Below, piece by piece: positions 53,101-64,000 of a DNA stretch of 64,000 bases. Positions within the stretch are counted from its first letter, which is position 1. Every line of letters begins with the position of its first letter. Source of the stretch: Nitrosopumilaceae archaeon (GTDB lineage: Archaea > Thermoproteota > Nitrososphaeria > Nitrososphaerales > Nitrosopumilaceae). The notes below the pieces were generated by a model. It was not told where the DNA came from, searched no databases, and saw only the letters and a list, made by a program, of their open reading frames with translations. The stretch is taken from NCBI GenBank assembly GCA_965214835.1, contig CBDCCK010000002.1, positions 2,432,001 through 2,496,000 on the forward strand, read 5' to 3'. The position numbers were made by a program, and so were the translations under genes.

Positions 53101-56100
53101 TTTCCGCAACGATAAAGTTGCGGCCCCATTGAAGCGCACCTATCGTCATCATCAAGATACGCGATGACCTCCATTTCCGCAACGATAAAGTTGCGGCCCC
53201 ATTGAAGCGATAATTCTGATCTGATAGATGCAATACGTGAGTATATTTCCGCAACGATAAAGTTGCGGCCCCATTGAAGCACCCTTTTTGTCCTTGTATG
53301 CCACAACAACAAGCCCGATTTCCGCAACGATAAAGTTGCGGCCCCATTGAAGCAAACAAGTATGCTTGGCCTGCCGCCGCGCGCCTCTTATTTCCGCAAC
53401 GATAAAGTTGCGGCCCCATTGAAGCGTTACTGTAGATTTACCGGCAATACAGCGATATCCATATTTCCGCAACGATAAAGTTGCGGCCCCATTGAAGCGA
53501 TTAATCTTATGAAATGCTGTGAATGTGATTCACAGAAATTTCCGCAACGATAAAGTTGCGGCCCCATTGAAGCGGGGGGCTATACATGACTGAGAGAGTC
53601 AAGACAAAAGGATTTCCGCAACGATAAAGTTGCGGCCCCATTGAAGCAATATGATTGAAGGATAACGTGCCACCTGCTCCAATATTTCCGCAACGATAAA
53701 GTTGCGGCCCCATTGAAGCTCGTCAAACGCCTGGAAGCCCACTACGCTGTATACACCTATTTCCGCAACGATAAAGTTGCGGCCCCATTGAAGCGCTGGG
53801 GAGATAGGCAGGATAGAGAAACATCTGAAATTTCCGCAACGATAAAGTTGCGGCCCCATTGAAGCGACGGCTTGTATGATCCCAAGGATATAATCGAGCT
53901 GCATTTCCGCAACGATAAAGTTGCGGCCCCATTGAAGCGAACCATCGAACATTAACACCCCCCCTTTTTTTTAAATTTCCGCAACGATAAAGTTGCGGCC
54001 CCATTGAAGCTGCCAACGCGGATATTAACAACGAGGCAATAGTACGATTTCCGCAACGATAAAGTTGCGGCCCCATTGAAGCGTGTATTTCTTCTTTTGT
54101 CGGCATTGTTATGTATTGTATTTCCGCAACGATAAAGTTGCGGCCCCATTGAAGCGTATTTCCTTGACGTATGGTGCATGGATTTTGTTCACATTTCCGC
54201 AACGATAAAGTTGCGGCCCCATTGAAGCCCTTTTCTGCCCTAACGTCATGGTTTGTGATAACCGTCATTTCCGCAACGATAAAGTTGCGGCCCCATTGAA
54301 GCAATGCAAATCGGCCTTTACCGACATTCAGCACTATACTTATTTCCGCAACGATAAAGTTGCGGCCCCATTGAAGCGATTGAAGGTGAATGTGTTTGGT
54401 CGTACTTGTGGTACATTTCCGCAACGATAAAGTTGCGGCCCCATTGAAGCCGCAAAAGCCCAGTCTTTTTGCCAATCTTTTTGGTATTTCCGCAACGATA
54501 AAGTTGCGGCCCCATTGAAGCGTAGGTTATCTCTGCTCCCCGGATGCGGAAGTCTGGCAGATTTCCGCAACGATAAAGTTGCGGCCCCATTGAAGCGCGC
54601 AAAACCTCAATTATGTGCGCCTGCCATTTCTCATTTCCGCAACGATAAAGTTGCGGCCCCATTGAAGCCATTTTTGCAGCTTCTCCCGCTTCGTGCATTT
54701 CGGCATTTCCGCAACGATAAAGTTGCGGCCCCATTGAAGCAGCTTATTCCCCATGAGTAGTATGTGGAGTAGTCGCTATTTCCGCAACGATAAAGTTGCG
54801 GCCCCATTGAAGCTAACTGGTATCGGCAAGCGTGTTAGGCTCTCAACCGTATTTCCGCAACGATAAAGTTGCGGCCCCATTGAAGCGCTGCTAGATGTGT
54901 TTGTGGATGATGCGAGGTTATAGATTTCCGCAACGATAAAGTTGCGGCCCCATTGAAGCTTGTAGGGTCTTCATGGCCTGTTGTCGAAATTCTGAATTTC
55001 CGCAACGATAAAGTTGCGGCCCCATTGAAGCATCACCGTGCGACCCGACGATGAGATTGAAGCCTCCGATTTCCGCAACGATAAAGTTGCGGCCCCATTG
55101 AAGCAAATATGCCGATTACGCCAAAGTCCGCCAGCTGCCGCATTTCCGCAACGATAAAGTTGCGGCCCCATTGAAGCGAAAAGACCTTCGGCGGTCAAGC
55201 CAACACAATCCGAAATTTCCGCAACGATAAAGTTGCGGCCCCATTGAAGCCGGCGGTTGAAAGTCATGGTGAGCCAGCCCGAGGCATTTCCGCAACGATA
55301 AAGTTGCGGCCCCATTGAAGCGTTGAAGACTGCATCCTATCATTCAGTATTCTGACAATTTCCGCAACGATAAAGTTGCGGCCCCATTGAAGCGTTACTA
55401 AAGCTGTCATCCCCAAAGTGGTCTATACTCATTTCCGCAACGATAAAGTTGCGGCCCCATTGAAGCATACCCGTTATGCAGGAGTTCCATGCGTACTTCA
55501 TATTTCCGCAACGATAAAGTTGCGGCCCCATTGAAGCGTGTTTTTCCGTGCTGATACCCGTAATAGATGAGAGATTTCCGCAACGATAAAGTTGCGGCCC
55601 CATTGAAGCCAATGTTGCCGCTCGGCGCTGGAACTGAACTATCATATTTCCGCAACGATAAAGTTGCGGCCCCATTGAAGCAGAGTTTTGTTGTCTCTGG
55701 GCTTGTGGTCTCAGAGTTATTTCCGCAACGATAAAGTTGCGGCCCCATTGAAGCACAAGCAACTAAAATCACGAGCACATGCGGTATATTCATTTCCGCA
55801 ACGATAAAGTTGCGGCCCCATTGAAGCAATAACCCCACCTTTCTAGAATAGCCATGCAAACCGATTTCCGCAACGATAAAGTTGCGGCCCCATTGAAGCA
55901 ACGGCGTTGTTACATCCACTCGAATCATCCACGACTTCATACACGTTTATATTTCCGCAACGATAAAGTTGCGGCCCCATTGAAGCAACGGCGTTGTTAC
56001 TCTGACCAATTTTATCCACTCGAATTTCCGCAACGATAAAGTTGCGGCCCCATTGAAGCCCTTCTTTCGGGCCGATATCTGTGGAATGCTATTGCATTTC

Positions 56101-59100
56101 CGCAACGATAAAGTTGCGGCCCCATTGAAGCTTTAATCTTCATTCCTCTTTCTCCTGCTTTTTTGCCTATTTCCGCAACGATAAAGTTGCGGCCCCATTG
56201 AAGCATGAAAAAAATAATTTCTTAACTGAATAGTATAGGATCATTTCCGCAACGATAAAGTTGCGGCCCCATTGAAGCATTAGGCGTATATGGGGATGGT
56301 GATCTCCATATTTCAATTTCCGCAACGATAAAGTTGCGGCCCCATTGAAGCACGAAATTACGTGACCAAGTTAGGAGCTTGATGCGTCATTTCCGCAACG
56401 ATAAAGTTGCGGCCCCATTGAAGCAGTTTGCAATTGAGCAGACTGGCGGATCAGCTGCAGATTTCCGCAACGATAAAGTTGCGGCCCCATTGAAGCCGAG
56501 TTCCGGACTTACGGCAGATCTACTCATCGACTCGATTTCCGCAACGATAAAGTTGCGGCCCCATTGAAGCCCCCCAGCCGACAACCCGTACGCCTCGCTG
56601 TATCTGATTTCCGCAACGATAAAGTTGCGGCCCCATTGAAGCGATCCCAATCGAGGACGAGCACGGCCAGGACGGAGGCTAATTTCCGCAACGATAAAGT
56701 TGCGGCCCCATTGAAGCATTTTTGCTTGTGCGACTGTTTTCAAAGTTATCACTGATTTCCGCAACGATAAAGTTGCGGCCCCATTGAAGCTTATTGATGA
56801 AGGCGACAAGATGAAGTCAGAAGATCAATTTCCGCAACGATAAAGTTGCGGCCCCATTGAAGCTGCGTGCTCGGTGTCTGGTATGGACGCGCCTCAAGAT
56901 TTCCGCAACGATAAAGTTGCGGCCCCATTGAAGCTTGACAAAGATACTGTCGGTATCCCCGTACAGGACAGATTTCCGCAACGATAAAGTTGCGGCCCCA
57001 TTGAAGCATATCCCCCCTACACGGTTAGCAGTCTGATAACGTACATTTCCGCAACGATAAAGTTGCGGCCCCATTGAAGCTGGGAGGTCGTACGGACCGA
57101 ATGATGACGTCCGCACATTTCCGCAACGATAAAGTTGCGGCCCCATTGAAGCACAATCTGGTTCCAGAGCCCTCTATATCGAACAGACGCATTTCCGCAA
57201 CGATAAAGTTGCGGCCCCATTGAAGCCACCTGATCAGGTTCTAGACCCATGGACCTGACTTCAGATTTCCGCAACGATAAAGTTGCGGCCCCATTGAAGC
57301 TATTTTCCCGGCTCCTGATGTGGTCAATGAGCCTTTGATTTCCGCAACGATAAAGTTGCGGCCCCATTGAAGCTCAAATCCCAATTCATCACCTAATTTA
57401 CTCAACTTACATTTCCGCAACGATAAAGTTGCGGCCCCATTGAAGCATGCATCTTCCCCACGCTCCAAATCGTACAGCTCGGATTTCCGCAACGATAAAG
57501 TTGCGGCCCCATTGAAGCGCGTCAGGATATGCCTTCTGCAACTTCCTTTGCTTGATTTCCGCAACGATAAAGTTGCGGCCCCATTGAAGCTTGAATTCTG
57601 TCTGCATAATGCCTGAACAGGTTCAGATTTCCGCAACGATAAAGTTGCGGCCCCATTGAAGCCCTGGTTTTCATGTAAAAAAATAGGTATTGGGTATTAA
57701 ATTTCCGCAACGATAAAGTTGCGGCCCCATTGAAGCTTGTTGTGGGTGATTTTCCACTGATGCATTTGTACCCATTTCCGCAACGATAAAGTTGCGGCCC
57801 CATTGAAGCGGGTTGGATGCTGGCCGTGATTGGCCGCAGGTTTGGTATTTCCGCAACGATAAAGTTGCGGCCCCATTGAAGCGGGTTTGATGCTGGCCGT
57901 GATTGGCCGCAGGTTTGGTATTTCCGCAACGATAAAGTTGCGGCCCCATTGAAGCGATGCAATACGTTGCCAGTCGTTAATTTCACACCGATATATTTCC
58001 GCAACGATAAAGTTGCGGCCCCATTGAAGCTGGCCTATAACGGTGAAACGCTATTGCCATTTGGCCATTTCCGCAACGATAAAGTTGCGGCCCCATTGAA
58101 GCGGGTATCAGTTATGTCGTATTTGTGCGTCCAGTTGGCCTGATTTCCGCAACGATAAAGTTGCGGCCCCATTGAAGCCAAGCAAAAGGTTGCCAATACT
58201 GTTGAGAAAAAACAAATTTCCGCAACGATAAAGTTGCGGCCCCATTGAAGCATAGATTCGATTTAGAGGGCAAACTGTTTTTCCGAAATTTCCGCAACGA
58301 TAAAGTTGCGGCCCCATTGAAGCAGGTCTGCCGCCGCGTACCGTGGCGGCAATGCAGTAATTTCCGCAACGATAAAGTTGCGGCCCCATTGAAGCTTCGC
58401 AAGGAAGGACTCCTAATCTTCCATTTTTTGGATTTCCGCAACGATAAAGTTGCGGCCCCATTGAAGCGTGGTGGTACCGGTGGCATTGGCATGGTTTGAG
58501 TAGATTTCCGCAACGATAAAGTTGCGGCCCCATTGAAGCACTTCTCCAACCAGCGCTCCGGCGACGACTCGATCCGGATTTCCGCAACGATAAAGTTGCG
58601 GCCCCATTGAAGCGCGGCAGATTTTGGGGCTGCTTATGATTATTCTTGGGATTTCCGCAACGATAAAGTTGCGGCCCCATTGAAGCATTTTTTGTGAATC
58701 GGCGAACCAGGTGCCAGAGCCGTATTTCCGCAACGATAAAGTTGCGGCCCCATTGAAGCGTCTATCATATCCACTTTAATTGTGGATACGTACATCTATT
58801 TCCGCAACGATAAAGTTGCGGCCCCATTGAAGCACTGAGCGATACCGATCCTATGCATACAACACGACAATTTCCGCAACGATAAAGTTGCGGCCCCATT
58901 GAAGCATGGGTATCTATCTGGAATTTCCGGGCGAACACACTCGATTTCCGCAACGATAAAGTTGCGGCCCCATTGAAGCAATAATGCTTCCTCTTCTTCC
59001 TGCGTCGGCGGTGCCATTTCCGCAACGATAAAGTTGCGGCCCCATTGAAGCAGAATGTGTATTCAGCCTATGGATACTATTGTGCGAATTTCCGCAACGA

Positions 59101-60954
59101 TAAAGTTGCGGCCCCATTGAAGCGCTGAGGATGTCAGGGAGGTACTCGAGCACAGGCTAATTTCCGCAACGATAAAGTTGCGGCCCCATTGAAGCTGATA
59201 TAGATCCTCGATTTGGTTGTCGGGCATTTTCTTGATTTCCGCAACGATAAAGTTGCGGCCCCATTGAAGCTAAAGTGAGGTTGAGGTTGTATTCTGCGAC
59301 AAAGGGATTTCCGCAACGATAAAGTTGCGGCCCCATTGAAGCTCGGACACCAAGCTTGCGGTCCGGTTCCAGACCTTCTCGATTTCCGCAACGATAAAGT
59401 TGCGGCCCCATTGAAGCGTGAAATACTACGGCGACACAATGTCCAAGATCAGCAATTTCCGCAACGATAAAGTTGCGGCCCCATTGAAGCATATCCTTAT
59501 CTAGTGTATCTGCTTGATAGTTGATCTATTTCCGCAACGATAAAGTTGCGGCCCCATTGAAGCGAGGCGGGGGCTGTGACAAAAGGCGTATTGGCAGCTA
59601 TTTCCGCAACGATAAAGTTGCGGCCCCATTGAAGCGTCCATTGTGCAGGTGATGAGTAGCCCGCGAATGGATCATTTCCGCAACGATAAAGTTGCGGCCC
59701 CATTGAAGCGCAGGGCAGGGCTAAAACTATCAAAGTTTCCATAACGATTTCCGCAACGATAAAGTTGCGGCCCCATTGAAGCTCTGCTCACTGGTTTTGA
59801 TTGAATCAATTCAATATGAATTTCCGCAACGATAAAGTTGCGGCCCCATTGAAGCCGTCACGACTTTGCGGAAAGTCTGGCCATGTATTCCCCCATTTCC
59901 GCAACGATAAAGTTGCGGCCCCATTGAAGCGTGGTTCCGCGATAGCCGTCGGACTCGCGCCCGGTCCATTTCCGCAACGATAAAGTTGCGGCCCCATTGA
60001 AGCGCTGACCAATTACTTTTTTCCCAGCCACGACTAAAATATTTCCGCAACGATAAAGTTGCGGCCCCATTGAAGCTGATCGTTCCTGTATAAAGGGAGT
60101 TTGGCCACGTTCATTTCCGCAACGATAAAGTTGCGGCCCCATTGAAGCAATTACGCTGGCTTATCCGGTTTAGGTTTTTGACATAATTTCCGCAACGATA
60201 AAGTTGCGGCCCCATTGAAGCTTCGGTATCGATTTGGGTTTCTAGCGATTGATCAGATTTCCGCAACGATAAAGTTGCGGCCCCATTGAAGCCAAAGAAG
60301 TCAATCCCTTCGTTTTGCATCTTGATGATCTATTTCCGCAACGATAAAGTTGCGGCCCCATTGAAGCATTCAGCCTGAGTGTTACTCAGGGATCAGAAAA
60401 ATGTATTTCCGCAACGATAAAGTTGCGGCCCCATTGAAGCTGTGTATCAGAAGATGAAGAAGAAATAATAAGATATATTTCCGCAACGATAAAGTTGCGG
60501 CCCCATTGAAGCATGTATGAGCTGTGGATCGACAAACAGAAAAAAGATCGATTTCCGCAACGATAAAGTTGCGGCCCCATTGAAGCGATTTGGCTGTGGT
60601 TGATATCCTGAAATTTATAGACATTTCCGCAACGATAAAGTTGCGGCCCCATTGAAGCATCTTGGCGCCTGCCTCGCAGAGCAGCTCGATGATGGATTTC
60701 CGCAACGATAAAGTTGCGGCCCCATTGAAGCCCAGCAGATCTGCTGCCAGATTGCGGGCGGCAGCTGGATTTCCGCAACGATAAAGTTGCGGCCCCATTG
60801 AAGCGCGCAAAATGTCTTTATTTAGTCCGGCTCCGGACTTTTGATTTCCGCAACGATAAAGTTGCGGCCCCATTGAAGCTCTGTTTACTGCTGCGTCAAG
60901 TGTCGCGCGTGAAGCTGGATTTCCGCAACGATAAAGTTGCGGCCCCATTGAAGC
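50178..60954 (+). CRISPR. Type I-G (I-U) CRISPR array, about 148 repeats
   Basis: 36-bp repeat ATTTCCGCAACGATAAAGTTGCGGCCCCATTGAAGC with CCGCAAC/GTTGCGG hairpin; spacers mostly 34-41 bp; counted by eye. Confidence 0.98.
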
Positions 60955-60970
60955 CAGCGCGTGGCCCTTA

Positions 60971-62076
60971 TAGCAACGGTCACAAGTAATTGAGGGCTTT
61001 GACCGGCGATCTGTAAATGTACTTGTACATGCAAAGGTGGGCAAATGACACCGTCCTATAATATTCGGATATGGTGTGCCGCAGCTCGCTGATCCTTCTG
61101 TACACTATCCCCCTGAAAACAAAATGTTTGCCCAGGTTCCAGCATTCTTCCACGATATTGAGGTACGGCGATCCTTTCGGAATCATTATCAGCCTGACGT
61201 CGGGATGGCCCGCCAGATATTCTGCGACATCAGTAGATCTGTGCACACTCCACCTATCGCAAAAGACTGCAACCTTGCCAAACTTGATGCGCAGCGCCTC
61301 CAGACATTCTATGAACTGCACCGACGTAAACGATCCCGTAAACGTCCTGAATAGCCTTCTGCCGTCTTCTGCGATGCTTCCAAACACGGCCACCTTTGTG
61401 TGGTCCCCCGAATACGATGCCACGCTTCTGGTGCCGACCGGACCCCACACGTATCTGTCGTATGCGCCCTGCACGAAGAACGCCTCATCAGATGACACCA
61501 GCGTAAAACCGTCGTTTTTCAGGCACGGAATCCGCACGTTTTCAAGGTATCGCTGCCACGAGTATACCGAGCTTGGGGTGGCATGGTTGACATGTATGTT
61601 TTGCACCTTGCGGCGCGACAGGCCGTGCTGGCACATCAGTCTTCGGACATGCTCTATGCTGTATTCTATCCCGGTGGCATTCCTTATGTCATCGCGTACC
61701 GTCATGACATCGGTACTTTTGCATGCAGTGGACAGATCCATTATGGCTGCAATACTTTCTCTGTCCACCTTTGGTCTGCATCCGGAACGGGGAAGATCCC
61801 GGAGACCGTCTATGCCGCCCTCCGAAAACCTCGCCAGCCAGTTGCGCACGGAATTCTCACTGCACCGGATCTTTCTTGCAGTCTCGGGTACGCCCATGTC
61901 GTCTTCTAGCACAAACATCAGCGCCATGATCTTCTTGTAGACTTTGACATCCTTTTCTTTGCGCATGGCCTCTGACAGAATGTCTGTTTCTTTTGTCATA
62001 CATACTGCGCCAGTTACGTGATCATTATACCTTTCGAATGACCTTGTTTTGGCTCAAAGACTTATGCTCGTTGCTA
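60971..62076 (-). mobile_element. IS630-family insertion sequence in the trailer spacer
   Basis: TAGCAAC/GTTGCTA ends; TA duplication at 60969-60970 and 62077-62078. Confidence 0.92.
60980..61999 (-). CDS. IS630-family transposase, apparently intact
   Basis: GLRDLPRSG.RP, SDEAFF, DRWSVH, PKGSPYLNIVEECW. Confidence 0.9.
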   Translation of the reverse strand: MTKETDILSEAMRKEKDVKVYKKIMALMFVLEDDMGVPETARKIRCSENSVRNWLARFSEGGIDGLRDLPRSGCRPKVDRESIAAIMDLSTACKSTDVMTVRDDIRNATGIEYSIEHVRRLMCQHGLSRRKVQNIHVNHATPSSVYSWQRYLENVRIPCLKNDGFTLVSSDEAFFVQGAYDRYVWGPVGTRSVASYSGDHTKVAVFGSIAEDGRRLFRTFTGSFTSVQFIECLEALRIKFGKVAVFCDRWSVHRSTDVAEYLAGHPDVRLIMIPKGSPYLNIVEECWNLGKHFVFRGIVYRRISELRHTISEYYRTVSFAHLCMYKYIYRSPVKALNYL

Positions 62077-62178
62077 TAGATCAGGACATCAGGAAGAATT
62101 TACCTAGTAGATGAAGGGGTAAAATCGTACTTTTAGTGCGTTGTAATTGTTTATTAGAGGTTACATGTAAAAAATAGT

Positions 62179-64000
62179 GTGGATTTTGTAAAAGCATTCA
62201 AATCACTCACTGAACATGAGCCTTATCCATGGCAACAAAGAATGTTTAAAAGGTTCATAGACGGAAACGTGCCAGACGTATTAGACATTCCGACAGGATT
62301 AGGAAAAACATCTGTCATTGCAATATGGTTGTTGGCATTAGCACATACAAAAGAATTGAAGAAAGATACAGTTTCTACCCGTATGGTATACATAGTTGAC
62401 AGACGTGTAATTGTAGATCAAGCATCTGCAGAAGTGGAAAACATACGCAAAAAAATCAATGAAGAACCTATAAAATCCATTTTAGGTAACATCGGGGGAG
62501 ATTTGAATGTAAGTAGATTGCGAGGAGGTGGAGGTCTAGATGACAGCAGGCAATGGCTACGAGATCCACACAAACCTGCAATAATAGTAGGGACTACAGA
62601 TATGATAGGGAGCCGTTTGCTCTTTTCAGGTTATGGGGCTGGTAAGAAAATTAGATCGTTTTACGCGGGTTTGTTGGGTCAAGATTCCTTAATTGTGCTA
62701 GACGAAACACATCTTTCACCTGCTATGGAAAGAGTGCTAAAAGATATCAAACATGTCTCACATGAAATAGAAGAAAAAAATCTATTATATCCACCAAAAA
62801 TCCTTCTGATGTCAGCTACACAACACACTAGCAACTCAGACAGGTTAGGATTAGATGAAGATGATCTAAAACTCGAAAATGTCAAAAAACGCTACAAAGC
62901 ACCTAAAAAGCTAGAATTGCAGCAAAGTGATAAAAAAGAAGTACAAAATGAAATATTTAATCACGCGATTAAAATGAGCGGGAGGGTTATAATATATGTT
63001 CAAAAACCATCCGATGCAAAAGCCATATCCAAAAAACTCCGTAAAGAGGAAAAAGAGAGCATAGTTCTAACAGGTACCATTAGAGGATTTGAGCGGGACC
63101 GCTTGGCTGACGAAGAAGCATACAATGCGTTTCTAGACAAAGAATGGAATCATGATAGAACTGTATACATGGTGTCAACATCAGCAGGAGAAGTAGGGGC
63201 GGATTTTGATGCAGATCACATGGTATGTGACATGACCACGATGGACTCATTCATACAAAGGTTAGGGAGAGTAAACCGGAGTGGGGGAAGAAAATCAAGT
63301 ATAGTGGTAGTATACAGCAAAGAGGATTTTAATAAAAAGGACAAATATAGTGAAAGTAAAAAAGCCACAGCACATATCTTGGAAAAACTAGTGAAGGAAA
63401 ACAACAATGATGTGAGCCCGCATCGGTTGGACAAAATACCCTCAGAGGAAAAAAACCAAGCGTTTTCCCCCACACCAGAGACTCAGCCACTAACCAAGGA
63501 GATATTGGATATGTGGTCCATGACGTCGATCTACAAAGAATATTCATCCAGACCCAAGGTAAGTCACTGGCTGCATGGCAAACCAGAACGATCCGAGCCA
63601 GACACATACATCGTATGGAGAGATGATGTCGAATACCTAACTGATGCTGACGATTCAGAATTAGAACATCTCTTTGAACGCCATAGAATACTCCCACAAG
63701 AGATAGTCCGAGAGAAAACAAACGATGTTTATAATTTTCTAAAACAGCTAGGCAGTAACGACAATGCAATCATTATAACAAATGGTAGGTATGAAAAATT
63801 CAACATATCTAAAGATGTACAAGAAAGAAAAGATTTGAAATTCGCAACCATAGTTCTACCATGCAGAGTGGGGGGCCTGAATTCTGATGGATTTTTGGAT
63901 GTAAAATCCAAGCGGTCAGTACTCGACGTGGCTGACATTCCTCACATGAAAAATCGCATAAGGGTTCTCGTAAAAGAAGTGGAGGAAGAAGACGGCAGCA
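62179..64000 (+). CDS. cas3: Type I-G Cas3 helicase-nuclease (partial)
   Basis: GTG start; PYPWQ, DIPTGLGKTSVIAIW, YIVDRRVIVDQ, GTTDMIGSRLLFSGYG, LDETHL, STSAGEVGAD, QRLGRVNR. Helicase-first layout. Confidence 0.9.
   Translation, partial: MDFVKAFKSLTEHEPYPWQQRMFKRFIDGNVPDVLDIPTGLGKTSVIAIWLLALAHTKELKKDTVSTRMVYIVDRRVIVDQASAEVENIRKKINEEPIKSILGNIGGDLNVSRLRGGGGLDDSRQWLRDPHKPAIIVGTTDMIGSRLLFSGYGAGKKIRSFYAGLLGQDSLIVLDETHLSPAMERVLKDIKHVSHEIEEKNLLYPPKILLMSATQHTSNSDRLGLDEDDLKLENVKKRYKAPKKLELQQSDKKEVQNEIFNHAIKMSGRVIIYVQKPSDAKAISKKLRKEEKESIVLTGTIRGFERDRLADEEAYNAFLDKEWNHDRTVYMVSTSAGEVGADFDADHMVCDMTTMDSFIQRLGRVNRSGGRKSSIVVVYSKEDFNKKDKYSESKKATAHILEKLVKENNNDVSPHRLDKIPSEEKNQAFSPTPETQPLTKEILDMWSMTSIYKEYSSRPKVSHWLHGKPERSEPDTYIVWRDDVEYLTDADDSELEHLFERHRILPQEIVREKTNDVYNFLKQLGSNDNAIIITNGRYEKFNISKDVQERKDLKFATIVLPCRVGGLNSDGFLDVKSKRSVLDVADIPHMKNRIRVLVKEVEEEDGS

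Noticed and set aside
53064-57190. Spacer matches to repeated MITE-type motifs (ttcgtgcct, ttccagagccc) as self-targeting
   Set aside because: Only 9-11 bp, expected by chance with about 150 spacers.
50059-61044. Many ORFs containing MGPQLYRCGN, LQWGRNFIVAE or FRNDKVAAPLK
   Set aside because: These are translations of the CRISPR repeat, not genes.

Overview
Archaeal chromosomal window, most likely an ammonia-oxidising thaumarchaeon (Nitrosopumilaceae-like). The IS load, pseudogenes and large CRISPR suggest a host-associated lineage (inference). Left part: HMG-CoA synthase and bioD/bioA/bioB/bioF. Middle (about 9-37 kb): accessory region with ISH3, IS3, IS481, IS5 and IS630 elements or remnants, two MITE families, RelE-like and MNT-HEPN toxin-antitoxin pairs, CcdA/redoxin/DsbA genes and an ESCRT-III CdvB paralog. 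Right part: psmA, the uL3-uL6 ribosomal protein operon (uL24 has a very long acidic repeat tail), tRNA-Asn, and a type I-G (I-U) CRISPR-Cas locus with cas4-cas1, cas2, about 148 repeats of 36 bp, an IS630 in the last spacer and the start of cas3. Main unexpected signal: three exact and one degenerate units outside the array, each a 35-37 bp direct repeat of local sequence around a 36-37 bp foreign insert. Their geometry matches the array's repeat and spacer lengths, consistent with natural off-target Cas1-Cas2 spacer integration. All coordinates and counts were read by eye, and some frameshifts could be sequencing errors.
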